Positions 38,730 to 52,200 of a DNA stretch of 64,000 bases are shown here, in pieces. This DNA comes from Vicugna vicugna (Eukaryota): positions 3,171,819-3,235,818 of the forward strand of contig MU058844.1 of the NCBI GenBank assembly GCA_013265495.1, read 5' to 3'. Position 1 is the stretch's first letter, and every line of letters starts with the position of its first letter. The notes beneath the pieces were generated by a model, which was given only the letters and a program-made list of their open reading frames with translations, did no database searches and was not told where the DNA came from. A program made the position numbers and the translations under genes.

Positions 38730-41700
38730 GACTTTCATATTTTTTCCATTAAAGGTTATTACAAGATATTGAACATAGTTCCCTGTGCTATACAAAATAA
38801 ACTTATTTTTTAATCTATTTTTATATATAGTGGCTAACATGTGTAAATATCAAAATTGGCCACTTTCTTGACCTTACTCACTAGTGAGTTGAAAGAAATG
38901 AATCATTTGTATTTCTAGAAAATGTAAGTAGCCGCATAAGGATATTATGTTAAATTAATTATGGATATGTGGTAGAGACAGGATCATATTTTTATTTGGC
39001 TTAATACCCAGCTGTTTTCTCTTAGTATGTACGTGGCCACTGTGGTGGCACTTACTGTCAGTTTAGCTAAGTAACTTTGCTACATGTGTCTGTGCACACA
39101 CACAAACACACACGCCACACACACACAGACACCCCACTTGGAATGTGAAACTCTTCCAATCATGTAGTGTCATGTTGCTATTGAACATAAATATGCTGTG
39201 CACTGATGTAGGCATAGTGATGCCTGGGGAAATGGCCTGTGCCTGGAGGGTGCTCTTGGGCTGGTTAGGTTGTTTATGAATATGTTTGCTTGATTCAAAA
39301 TTCACTTGTTACTTGTTAGTATTTCTTAATGAAGAGTGTACTCAGTGTAACATATTACTGCTGAAGTTTCCTTTTGGATTTTTTAGGTTTTGTGGTATGC
39401 TCCATATCACATTCTATGTAAACTGGATAGAGGGGAAAATACAGTTGTGATTTAAAAACACTTAGCTATGAACTGAAATAAAAGTGAGTGTGCTCAAAAG
39501 CCTATCAGAGAACTATATTCAATATTTGGTAATGACCTTTAATGAAAAAGAATATGAAAATGAATATATGTATATGCATGACTGGGACATTGTGCTGTAC
39601 ATCAGAAATTGACACACTGTAACTGACTGTACTTTAATACAAAATAAATAAATTAATTAAAACTCTTTAAAAAAACAAAAGCCTATTAGCTATCTGACAT
39701 TCTTGTAGTAAGGGAGAGTAGGGGACAAGAATTCAAGAAAGGGGTCTAGTCTTTGCTTATACAGGGTAAAGAGTAGACCAAAGTCAAAGTAGGATGGATT
39801 GTAGATACTGGAAGCAGCACCATTTTGTACTTGAAAATAGACTTCTGACAGGTTAAGCTGCATATGCTTCTGGTTTATCTTAGGGAAGTAGGGTATAAGA
39901 TAACCCTTCCTTTATCATCTAAAAAGAGTGAAAGAGTGACTTGAAGAACGAGTTTTACAAATGCCCAAGGGAATTTCAGACAGTTTTCTTTTAACAATGG
40001 CCAGCATTTTCAGGTCACACCTAAAGAAAAAAAAAGCATCAAAATTAAGTATTGCTTGAGGTAAAAGGGAAGGTCTTAGTCTGAGGGCCACCATAACAAG
40101 ATAACCACAGACTGGGTGGTTTAAATAAGAGAAATTAATTTTCTCATAGTTTTCGATGCTGACTTGTCACAGATCAAGATTGGCAGGACGAATTTTCTCC
40201 TTAGGCCTCTCTTCTTGTCTTGTAGATGGCTACCTTGTGTCCTTATCTGGCCTTTTCTCTTTGTGCACCTGCCTGACGTGTCTCTTTCTCTTATGAGGAC
40301 ACTAATTCTATTGGATTGGAGCCCCCACCTTTCTGACCTCATTTAACCCCAGTTACCTCTTTAAAAAGCCCTATCTCCAGTGACAGTCATCTTTCGAGTT
40401 AGAATTTGCACAAAGAATTTTGAGGAGACACAATTCAGTCCCTAACAGGGAAAGCAAAGAAATTCACTCTGAAGTGTAATTTTAGTCAACTAGAACATGG
40501 TTCTGAAATTTTAGCATACGTGAGAATCACCTAGAGGCTTGTTAAAACTCCTTGCTGGGTCCCTCCACAGAGTTTCTGATTCAGTAGGTCTGGAGTAGTT
40601 GGGAGGATTTGCATTTCTAGCAAGTTCCAAAATATGCTGCTGTTGCTGCTCTGTAGACCATGCTTTGAGAATCACTGATGTTATAGTTCCCATTTGGATT
40701 GAGGGAAGTTGCTGAAGAATGCCTCTGAAATACAGGAATTTTCTCCCTGGGGCTGGGAGTGATGAGATGGACTGCAGTGGGACATAGAAGACATAGTAGA
40801 AATGTTGAGAAATATTGGTTCTGCTCACTGGCCATCATGTTTACTCTCAGTAAGTTGAAGAAACATTTGATTGGATGTTGAAAAAGCAGGCACTTCTGTT
40901 GTCTGTTATGGGTGGGAAATTGACTCTAAGACTTGGTTATTAAGGAATTTAATTCCCAGAATCTTCATCACATCCTTCAAATCTTTGCTGAAATGTCCCC
41001 CTCTTGGTGAAGCATTCCCTGACCATCCTATTAAATTGCATCTGTGACTTTAAAGACTTTATCCCAAGAACAGAGGGCCAAGGCAGGTGCTCTAGTGAAA
41101 AATACAAATTAGATAGAGTAGTGCCTGAAGCTTAGAATTTAATGTTTACTTAGTTTAAACAGACTTTTTGGTTGAAGTGTAGGCAGTGTGTAAAATTGGT
41201 TTGTACTCCAAAAGTTCATTTTTGAAACAAATTTTCTCATACAAATAGAACTGTAACAGTTGGTCAACAGAATCCAAAAATGCAGGTAAGTCAGAACTTG
41301 AAACAAATTTTCTCTTAGAAATAGAACTATAAACAGTTGGTCAACAAAATCCAAAAATGAAGGTAAGTCGCTAGTACTATACTAGCCTGAGATCTGGGAG
41401 TCCCCAATACGTTAATACGAGGTAGCAGGCAGGAGGGAGGGCAGCCAAGCCAAGTTCCCTATCCCCACCCAATCTCAGATGGACCGAGAGAGATTAGGTT
41501 TTACAGGGTGAACATAAAACTCTGTATTAGATGCTCCAAAGTAACCCAACTTCTCTTTTAAAAGACTGAGAAGATTCATATACTACATGAAATTGTGAAT
41601 TCATACTGATTGCTCCCATACCAGTCCAGCCCACTGAGCTCTTCTTTGCCTCCCCTATTCTACTTTTTTTTTCCTCTATTCCCGCAGTGAGTACCTTAGC

Positions 41701-42382
41701 TCCCAACATTAACACTTTCTTTGAGAACTTCTACGTCTGTGCCACTGTGACAAACAGAGGTACTAAGAGAAATTTAAGACTTATTTACACTCTCTTTTCC
41801 CCTAGACTAAGACTGTGTAGTAAAAATAATACTGTATCTGAAAGTTAACTTGCATTGGATTCTCCACCCCCTCCCCGACCCTTGAGTTGTTTTATTCATT
41901 TGAAATCTGGTTGGGTTCATTTACTGAGTTGTATTCCCTTTTAACTACCCCCCCCAACCTATTTTGTTTCAGTTTTATATTTTGAATATGTAGAACACTA
42001 ATGTGCTTTCAAAAGTCAAAACTAGGGGAAAGGTATAGCTCAAGTGGCAGAGCACATGCTCAGCACCCAAGAGGTCAGGGGTTCAATCCCCAGTACCTCC
42101 TCCAATCGGAAATCAGTGAAGAAACCTAATTACCTCCTCCTCATAAAACAAACAAGCCAGAAGTCAAAACTGCACATAAAAAATGTATACTCAAAATAGT
42201 CGTTTTCCTTTTTCCTTCTACCCACTCATCCCTGCCTTTTTTTTTTTGCCAGGTAACCAATTTTCTTGTTTTCTGGCTTTTTTTTTCCTGTGTTTCTTCT
42301 TTCAGAAATAAACAGACTGTGTATGGTTTCTTCTTTTTTCTTACACAGAGAGTGGTGTATGCTTTGTGTTCAGCTTTTCCCC
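38730..42382 (+). repeat. Tandem duplication, copy 2 (3,653 bp)
   Basis: Starts gactttcatatttttt (same as 35076) and ends cagcttttcccc (same as 38728); a single A at 38729 separates the copies. Confidence 0.97.
42024..42160 (+). mobile_element. tRNA-derived SINE, camelid vic-1-like (duplicated copy)
   Basis: Same sequence and TSD as 38370-38506, at offset 3654. Confidence 0.88.
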
Positions 42383-42671
42383 CTACTCGATAACTTCCTG
42401 CACATCCCTCCATTTGGCTTGTAGACGTCTTCCTCTTTTTTTTATAACTTCATGGTATTCTGCCATATGTGCTCTGCAACCACTCTCCTATGTTTGGATG
42501 TTTTAGGTAGTTTCCAGCATTTTGAAGTTATAAATAATGCCACAATGAATAACTGCATATATATTTTCATATTGTAAACATGTATTTTCACAGTAGATTC
42601 TTGTGAGATTGCTGAGTTGAAGGGTCAATTAATAGTACTTCTGTTAGTAGCTATTTTCAGTTTAGGGATAT

Positions 42672-43228
42672 GCCATGCTCTAGTCATGTATGGCTGCTTA
42701 ACATACCACCCCAAACTTAATTGTGTACAATTTCTTTTATTGTGCTCCTAGATTCTAGGTCAGAAATTAAGGTAGGGGATATGGGAGTGGCTTGTCTGTG
42801 CAGAGCTTCCATCAGGAAGTCTCAGATGGCAATGAGGTGACTAGAACAGTTAGGGACTGGAATTATATGACAGCTTCTTTATTTATATCTGGTGCCTGTA
42901 CTGAGATGACTGAAGTTGGGCTCAGTTCAGACTCAGCCAGAATATGTGCACATGGACTCTTAGTGAGCATGGACTTATTCACAGAATTGGCATCCTGGGT
43001 TCTAGGAAGGCATACATTTCAGGAGAGTGAGCATTCACCCCAAGACAACCAGACAGAAGCTACACCACCTTGTATGACCTAGTTTCAAGTCACATAATAT
43101 TGCTTCTGTGATACTCTGTTGGGGAAAGTAGTCACAAGACTACCCAGATTCAGGGGTGGGGATTCAGACCTCACCTCTCTATGGGAGTAGTGTCAAATAT
43201 TTTGCAACTTTGTTTTAAAACTGCCACA
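42672..43228 (-). mobile_element. MaLR LTR (older MLT1 subfamily) nested in the L1M
   Basis: aacataccaccccaaacttaa...tatgacctagtttcaagtcacataatattgcttctg...tacccagattcagggg...ttttaaaactgccaca. Confidence 0.78.
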
Positions 43229-43497
43229 TGACATTTTGCATACATTGCTGGTGCATCAGTTGTTTCTCCAAAGCCTCACTAACCAGTACATTTTCCAGCT
43301 TTTGAATTTTTGTTAATACGTTTGACAAGAGATGGTGTCTCACCATAGATTTAATTTGCATTTTTCTTAAAAGTAACAGTGAACATCTTTCCCTGTTTTT
43401 AAGGGCTATTTTTATATTTTTGTGACTTGTCTGGGACTTCTGCTCATTTTTCTGTAAGATATTTGGTGTTTTCCCACTTAACTTAAAAAGTCTTCAA

Positions 43498-43666
43498 AGA
43501 TAACAAGTTCCTACTATATAGCACAAGAAACCATATTTGATATCTTGTGATAGCCTATAATGAAAAAGAATTTGAAAAGGAGTATATCTATAGCTGAATC
43601 ACTAGGCTGTACACCAGAAATTAACACATTTTAAACCAACTATACCTTAATTAAAACATTTTTTAT
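43498..43666 (+). mobile_element. Short young L1 3' fragment nested in the L1M
   Basis: aacaagttcctactatatagcacaagaaacc...gaatcactaggctgtacaccagaaattaacaca; possible TSD GTCTTCAA at 43490-43497 and 43667-43674. Confidence 0.82.
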
Positions 43667-46600
43667 GTCTTCAATATATTAGGGACATTAGCCCTTTTTC
43701 TGTGATGTTGCTAATACTTTATCCATATTTGTTACTTATGTCTTAACTTTGCTTACATTGTGTTTTACCACGTAGAAGTTTAATTTTGTGGTCAGATTTA
43801 TCAATCTTATTTAATGCCTTTGAATTGTAATTGATAATTAGAAAACCTTTCCTTACATTCCAGTTTCAGAGGGATTCAATTGTTTTTTCTTCTAGTTTTT
43901 GCATAGTTCCATTTCTTTGATCCGTTTAGAGTTTATTCTTACACGGTCTAAGGAATGTATAGATCTGATTTTATCTTTGTCTAAATAACTGATCATATGT
44001 CCCAATACAATTTATGAAAAAGTTTATCTTTGCTTTTCCTTACTCTCAAGTAATTTGAGTTACCACTATTATCAAATACTACTTTCAGTATATAGTTAAG
44101 TTTATTTCTGGTCTTTGTATTCTAGTCCATTGGTCTGTTCATGTATCAATACCACACTCTTTTATTCATAGGGACTTTCCAGTATGTTTTATTATCTGAT
44201 AGGGCTAGTCTCCCCATCATATCTCTTCTGTTGCTGTGTTTTCCTATCTATTCTTGTGTGTTTATTTTTCCATATAAGCTTCAGCATTGACTTGTCTAGT
44301 TCCAGAAAAAAACTTGTCTTTATTTGCATTGCATTACATTTACAAATTGACTTAGGGAACACCAACAGCTTGATGATGTTGAGATGTCCTAATCATGAAC
44401 AAAGAATGTCTGCATTTGGTCAAGTCTGCATGTGTCTTTCAAGAGTGTCAGGGGTTTTTAATATAGATTTTGAACATTTGTTAAGTTTATTCATAAATGT
44501 TTTTAATCTTTTTGGTTGTTATTGTGATGGAGTTTTCCATTATATCTTGTAATTGATTATTGGCTGTGTGTAGAAAGGCCATTGATTTTTCCATGTTAAT
44601 TTTAACTCTTGTGCCTTACTCAGTTGTTCAATATTGAGTTAGTTTTCATTGATTCTCTTAGTTCTAGAGTTTAGGGTCTTCCAGATATATTATCATGGGA
44701 TCTAAAGAGATTGTTTTATTTTTCTTTTCCAGTTCTTATCACTCCAGTAGCTTTCTTTTTTCTGATCCATTGGCTAATACTTTCAGAATGATGTTAAATA
44801 GTAGTGGACATGGTGGGCATTCTGTCCTTGTTTTTGACCTTATATTGCATGCCTCTAGTGTTTCCCCATTAATTAACTGACTTTAGAATTGAGATATAGA
44901 CAGATAAAATTTATTATGTTAAGCATTTATTTATGTTAACTGATAGATTTTCTGATATTGGAGTATCCGTGCATTTCTGGTATAAATATCACTTTATTTT
45001 TTCTTTAATGTGGTGTTGAAGTCTACAGAAATCCTAAATAAAATATTAGCACCAGTTTTCATAAGTGATACTAGTCTGCAGTTTTATTCTATCTTTATTA
45101 GGTTTAGATATCAATGTTATACTTGCTTCATAAGAAACTTGTGAGTTTTCTTTATTTCCTGTTCCCTGAAACAATTTATGGAGCATTGAAACTCTGGTCT
45201 CCAAAGTTTTGGTATAATCCTCCATGGAACCCTCTAGACCTGGTGCTCTTTTGTGGAGGTTTTTCTTTGGTAATGTTTTCTGTTTATCTCTGCTGTGGTC
45301 AGGGTTGGTAAGCTGTATTTTCTTAAGAAATTAACCATTTCTTCTAGCTCTAAGATTTATTTACATAGAAGTTACCAGTCTATTTTTTTGAAATTTCTTC
45401 TGCATAGTTATTTCCTCTCTGTCATTTCACTTTAGTATATTTGTGCATTCTTTCTACTTTGTCAGCATGTATAACATGAACATTCTGTTCTTTTAATCAT
45501 GTTCCCACCTTTGTCTTAGTTCTGTAGTTAAATATATTAAATGCTCACCCTTAGTTTTTTTGCTGAAGATTCCCAAGGATCCCTTGGTTGCATGAAGTTC
45601 ATCTTCTAGCAAATTCTTCAGGAAGGGCACCGTGTATATTGTATTTCTGAGTTCTTGTGTTCACAACTGTTTTCTTTCTGTAGACTTAATATTTTAAGGG
45701 GAGCTTGGCTTCCACATTCTTAAATTTCTTGAAAATACTGCTCTGCTCCACTGTTGTCTTTTTTTTTTTTTTTTTTTGGCTTTTGATTTTATTTTAAAAG
45801 TGATTTGATTTTTTTACTCTGAGAATTTTCCCCTTTGTTATTAAATTCCAGTGTTCTTACTGAGATGTGTCTTGAAGTAGATTGTTGTAGATTAGCTTTC
45901 CCGGATATACAGTGGACCCTTCCAGGGTGTTGGTTTAGATTTTCCTATATTTCTGGAAAGATTATATCTTGATCAATAGTTTCCAATATTCTGTTCCATT
46001 GTTTTTCTTTTCTTAAAGGACTCCAGTTACATAGTGTTGGATCTTTTGTGTGCCTTAAATTTCATACTCTCTTCTGACCCTTTTTACTCCTTTCTTTATC
46101 TCATTTTCATTCTCTTATTTTTCTGCCTTTTCTTCAATGTCCCTTATTAGATTTTCATTCAGATCCATTCTCTCTTGAGCATTTTGTAATTTATTCTTGA
46201 TTTCAGAAATGGTTTTATCTTTTTTTCTTTCATTCCTTCTCTGAGATTGATCAATTCCCATTGCATTTCTTCCTGGAATTTTGTTCATTTCTGTTTTTAG
46301 TTTTTGAGTATTTGGTTCTAGGTGATTTTTGGTTTTGTTTTTAATATTTTTGAATACTTGAGGATATTTAATTGAATTTGAAATAGTGCTTTACAGTTTC
46401 CTAGTGTTTCATGGTTTTGGGTGTGTGTTGTGTTTGTTGTTTTGTGGGAAGTGTTCATTAGGTGGAATGTGATTTGCATTTTTTTTCTTCCTCCAGTTGC
46501 TCTCTGTGGAATTGGTTTGATTTCCATCCCTATTCCTAAGCATTTGGTAGACAAGTTTCTTCATTCCTAAATGCCTTCTGTCAAAATAGTGAAGGATTTT

Positions 46601-47323
46601 TTTTTTAATGAATGATGGCAGTATGAAGGGAATTAGGGAGGAATTTGTATGTCTTTTTCTCTTTGGTTTCTTAGGGATCCTTAAGTTTTCTTTCTTTTTC
46701 GTTGCTGTCTCTCCAAGGGGCACCACCCTTCTCTACTGATCTTCTTCCCCAGAAGTACTACTTGCTTGAGCCTGCGTTTTTGTCACTGTTGTCTTCAGTC
46801 CCTTTCTGTGTAGCTGATGATGTGAACTACCAAATTCCAGTGTTGAGCATTTTGACATTTGGTGTTGGACTTCCTTCTTCTGTGGGTGATTTTGTCTGTG
46901 CTTTGTTTGGGTCCCCTGGTCTCTTCTCTTTTTCAGAGTCTCTCAAGCGTACCCTTTTGGGAGCAGGTTTGCAAAGGCAGTGGAAGCACTGTTGGATTTT
47001 TGCGTTGATTTCTCCTCTCGTGGGTAATTTGAAATTTGTGGTATTCTGTCTTTAGTAATACTGGAGGTCATGTGTGGTTTTATTTGCACTCTTTGTGATT
47101 TTATATATTTTGGAGAAGGAGATTGGGATTCAGGCTACTACCATTATCCCCTTGACCCAGAAGTTCCAGAGAAGCTTTTTAAAATTAAGATTCTTAGATC
47201 CTGGTCCTAGAGACTCTGATTCTGTTGGTGTGGAGTGAGGTATAAGACTGTGTGTTTTTTTGTTTTTTAAAGCCCTTAGATTATTTGGATACAAAGCTAG
47301 TTTGGGGAAATGTTGCCTTAGAC

Positions 47324-47502
47324 CAGGGATCAGCAAACTTTTTCTATAAAGGGCCGGACATTAAGTATTTTAGGCTTTCAAGAACATGTGCAGTCTTTGC
47401 TACATATAGGATTTTTTTTTAACCCTTTAAAACGATTTTAAAAATCATTCTTAGCTTTAGACCTTGCAAAAACAAGCTGTAGGCCATTTTCACAAACCCC
47501 TG
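47324..47502. mobile_element. MER58-like hAT-Charlie MITE, next to a MER5-like remnant at ~47150-47315
   Basis: cagggatcagcaaactttttctataaagggcc ... acaaacccctg. Confidence 0.78.
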
Positions 47503-48779
47503 CTGTAGAACGTCTTCAATATCTTTTTCTGAACTTGACTTAAAAGTCAATGTAATGTTCACTTTTTTCTGAGAGCCTGAAACAAGGACTATTTTCAGTG
47601 CCTTAAGCAGATTTAGATCTCAGGAATATAAACCAAGAGATGGTTTGAGGTACAAGCCAAAAAGCATAGAAGTGACAATGTGAAGTGGAAAATGAAGATG
47701 TTGGTATTACTGGTTAGCTACTTTAAGAACAGAAGAACTTTACATGATTCCTGTAAAACACTTGTTTCACGGAGTATTGAGGGATGCCTGGCAAATTGAC
47801 CAGCACAGTGTCTATGAATATGTGAATGAGGAGCCCATAGAGTTACAAATATCCCTCTAAAATTACTTGTTTAAATTTTAAGAATTTATGCCAAATTTAT
47901 TTTGACTCTTTGCACAGCTGATATTGAGCTTTCCTGGCAGTATATGGGTTCAGTTGCTTCTGAAGGCAATTCTTGATTTGTGTTAGTAAGATGGACGCAA
48001 AATAGCTTCCTATTCCCTGTGGCCAGAGGGCATGCTCTTCGTCTTAAAGCTGTTATTATTTTGTCTAAGTGTATTGGAGAAATGCATGATACCCGTACTG
48101 TGTATGAATGAGCATTCTTACCACTTCTGATTCCCCAGCAGTAGTTTTAAGCTGGCTTTATAGCAAAAGTCTCAGGTGAGGAGGAAAAGACCATTTTGGA
48201 AAGCTAAGTAGTATGAACAGCAGCACTGTGGAATGAGAAGGAACAAGGCTTGACTAGCCGGCTCGTTATTAGTCTTTTTAGCCATCTCTGAATTCCATTC
48301 AGGTTCTTCTCTGTCCACCTACTAGAAGAAAACATGAATGAAGGACAAATGGCCACTGCAAAAAACACAAAAAAACAGCCCTTTGAAACTTCTAGAGTCA
48401 CATAGTGTAATCCTTTTGTAATCCATGAAGAGAGAGATTGATTTCCATTGTGGAATCACTGTGGTCTGAAGCGTGGGGTTAAAAAAAAAAGGCACTATGT
48501 TAGTCACCATTATTTTTGATAATCCTGTTTATCATCATTATTCACTGCTAGACTCAGTGTTTAAGTCTTTCATGCAGACTTTTACTTTGTACAAGATGAA
48601 GGGGCAGTCAGAAGGTTAGGGATTTTGCTTGATGCAGTATCCTTGACATCTCCAGTGTTCTGGAGTTGTTATGATTTTCATTTCCTTACCTAAACAAGAA
48701 AAATGGACAGAAGTAGTTACAGTTTCATTCCCTTTCCCGGCACCATGGTCCATTTCTCATGGAAGCCGGAATAAGCTGA

Positions 48780-49250
48780 AAACACCAATCAGACAATATC
48801 ACCCTGTAATTAATGTTCAGACTCCACCATGGCCTACCTTCCAGCTCTGCCAGCTCACCCCCCAGTGGCCTCTGCCCCATCATGCACTGTGCACTGTCCA
48901 CATTGGCCTTCTTTCTGCCTCTTGGGATGTTTCAACCTTGTTCCTGCCTTAGGACCTTCATGTTCCCTCCAGCAGGAATGCTCTTCCCCCACATTTTGAG
49001 GCTTCTTCCTTGTCAGTATTGAGGACACTCTCAAGAACTCCTTTTCATCCTCACCAAAGTAGTGCCCCTCCCTTGCACACTGTCCTTCTTTTGTGTATTT
49101 ATCGTTCTTATAAAACAGAAGGAGGAGACACATAATTAGTAGAATTCAAAGTTCATTAGGACAGGAACGCAGTCATGTTCACCACTGAGTTCTGGGTCCC
49201 TCAAGTACAGCCTAGCACACAAAGGTCACATTTTGAGGAATGAATGGAAG
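48780..49250 (-). mobile_element. L2 3' remnant (approximate ends)
   Basis: cacattggccttctttctg...cctgccttaggacctt...cagcctagcacac...gaatgaatg terminus. Confidence 0.65.
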
Positions 49251-52200
49251 TTTCTGCCCATGTGTATGATTTTTATTTCAATTATAATCTCTTTCATTAC
49301 TGATAAAATATAAACAATGATGTAACTCCGCCACACCACTCCACTCCTCTTGAGGAAGGTATGGGCAAATTCAGCTGATCTTGGAAATGCACCTGGGAGT
49401 ACCTCTTAAATGCTCTAAGGAAAGACCATTTCAGCATTAAGGGTAAGCGCGTAACAGTGTCTCTGTAACCATAATTGGGAAAACTATAAACAGTTTTTAA
49501 AGCAAAGTTTCAGTGTTCAGTTCTGTGAATTAGGTTGTGGAGAGTTGTGTTTACCTGTCCTTTTGTTTGATTGCCAGAATAACAGGAGGATGGCTTTTTT
49601 GTTTGTCTTTCTTTTTTAAATAGGAGGGTGGTTTTATGCTTTCCCATAAAGGCACCTGAATTTAGATTTCTGTGAAAGTGACTTCATCCTGAAGTTCCTT
49701 AGCCATTGACCCACACAAAAAGGGAGCTCTTCTCAGTGCTTTCAAGTCCTGCACTCAGCACCTACCCCCCCCCGCCAATATATAATCAAGTATTCCTAAA
49801 ACTGGCCAAGTTTCCTCAGTATCAAAGACCTATTCAGGGAAATAATGCTTTTTCTGGATTAGTTTCTTCCGGCAACTTTGAAGATCACTGCTGCCTTCCC
49901 TCCTTATTCCATGTAATGTTAATGTGGGCAGGCTCAGGTTGAATATGTAGTGAACTAAAAACTGCTAGTTTTTTTGTTTTTTTAGAAATTTCTGTGTACT
50001 TATGGCTCCCCCCACCTTAGAAATTCTGAATGCAGGGTTTACTATTTATATTTCATCTTGTTCCTTTTTTGTCCCACTAAGTGAACATGCAGCGTGCCAT
50101 CTGACATATGAGATGTCCCCTAGTTGTGGTGTTTGAAAATTGTGTGTCTGTTAAATCTACATTGAGGTTTTTGATGAAAAACAATGGACAGGATGAAAGT
50201 ATAGTTTAACTTGTAGTCTGCCTCTGGTGAACTTAAGATTTGCTGGTACTACAGAGAAGGAGAAATGAGCACTGGTGTGGTTTGGTACCAGAAATAGAGC
50301 AGAAAGAGGTGAAGGAATGTGTTGATACATTTTCAAGGAAGTGTAAGTAGTGTTACTTCCTGGACAGTTTCCCTGTGAAGGTAGTAGGGGAGGACGCAGA
50401 GAGAGTACACTTGTTCTCTGTCATTTTCAGTCTTCAGATGAATAAAGCACAAGTTTTATGATAACTTGGTCCTGTATTCTTCCATTTAAAGTATATTGAT
50501 TCAGATATTGCCGTTAGTGAGTTAGGAGGAGAATATTTGAAGGGCACATTAATCTCAGTTGGAAACTGTTCCTTAAAATGTTCATTAGTGTGCTAGAAAG
50601 ATTTGGGGAGGGTATAATCACTGCCTCCCACTTACCGGCACACAATTGAAATTAAACTCCTGTGGATAAATCACTCAAAACAGCTGGGCTCTGCATAGGA
50701 ATACCTCAAAAGCTGGGCCCTGGATCCATGAAAAATACAAGGTGTTTAATATCCTGCAGGGTCTGTATTCAGTATCATTTGGCAGTGATAAAGAAGGCTG
50801 CTGTCTGCAGCTCCTTGCGTTGCTTTCTTGGCTCTGTTGGATATATGAACTATTTTTAATAGTCAAAATTGTGAAATACTTTTCAACAAGCTCTACGATT
50901 TTTTTTTTCCGGTGGGGGAGTTGTTTTTTTGTCTTTGAGAGAGACTTCTAAAAAAATTTTTGATCCATAATGGATACTAGTTCCTACGGAGATTTCTTCT
51001 AAGGGGAGAACATGATTTGAAACTGTTTTCTTTTTTTTAAAGCATAATTTTTCTTTTGTTTGTGTTCTGTAGTAATAATAAATGGCTGCCTTGTAAATTT
51101 GGGAATTCTAATTGTTTTTAAAATGTGAGTTTAGAAGGGTAATTATTTTATAGGAGTGTGGGAGCCAGAAATTTTGTTTTATGCAAAATGTGGCAACAGC
51201 TATAAAACGAATAAGCTGCGACTATTTGCAATTTTTCTACCTTTAGATAAGTACACATGATGTCTTCACTTAGAGAAGACTTGGTATTCCCCCGACTTTG
51301 CATACCACTTTGTTATCCTTTTAATGTAAATAATATGTGCAAAAACAGCAATAGTGGAAACACTTTTCTTACTTAAAAATTGAAGTATAGTAAATGCTTA
51401 TTTTTCAGATCTTTTCTAGGAGAATGTTAAAAATTTTAAGAGAGTGTTCTGAGTCACATGCAGTTATATCTGATGCTGCCACAAAAGTCAGTAAAATACA
51501 TCACCCTTAGTTCTGCCAACCATCAGCTGTATAAACCATGTCTGTAATTCTTTTGCAATGCCTTATATGGTTCTGTACATCCAAGGTGAAATCAGGAGAC
51601 ATTGCTGAGAGTAAATCAAAAACCTTTGGTTTTTGCCCTTTAATGTGTACTTCCTAGAAAGTCCCAAGAGCTCCTGCAGTGGGAGAGGAGATCAGGGAGT
51701 CCTCCATCCCTGCAGTTCTTTCCCTGCCCCACTGCCCACCCTCAGCTTGGAGTCTGTGGTTTACATTCTGGACACCCGCAAGCAACAGGTTCAGCTGCCT
51801 TCAAAGCTAACACCTCTCTATTAATTACCTTCTCCCTCCAGTGAGGAAACATTCTGATGACAATAAATCTCTGAGGTTGTAAAAACAATTCTTCCGGCCA
51901 AAATAGATTTGTTAAGTATTCTTGAAGTAGCACTGTTCTCCTGGAGCCTTTTACTATTTGTTTTTTAAATAATCATACCTAAAAATAAGTTCTGGCTAGT
52001 TAGGGCTTTAAGATTAAAACAAACAAACACACAAACAGTATCTCCCCCAGAAAGATAACAGCACATTTACCACTAGAACCGAAATAGATTCTGGGGCAGC
52101 CTGGGAAGGACCCTTTTCTTACTTGTTTTATCATAGTGGTAACTAATGGTTGAATCATGTGAAATATTTTCATGATTATGAACTTGAGTAGAGGGGAGCT

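Larger units (their letters stand above)
42170..46600 (-). mobile_element. Long, old, degraded L1M element with nested younger insertions (approximate ends)
   Basis: Several kb of T-rich sequence with antisense L1 motifs (gatttaatttgcatttttct, caataccacactct, ttggctaatactttcagaatgatgttaaatagtagtgg, tagtctgcagtttt). Confidence 0.75.

Noticed and set aside
38487..38840. 117-aa minus-strand ORF fused across the duplication junction
   Set aside because: Chance chimera of L1 3' UTR and T-rich intron; no promoter or protein-like features
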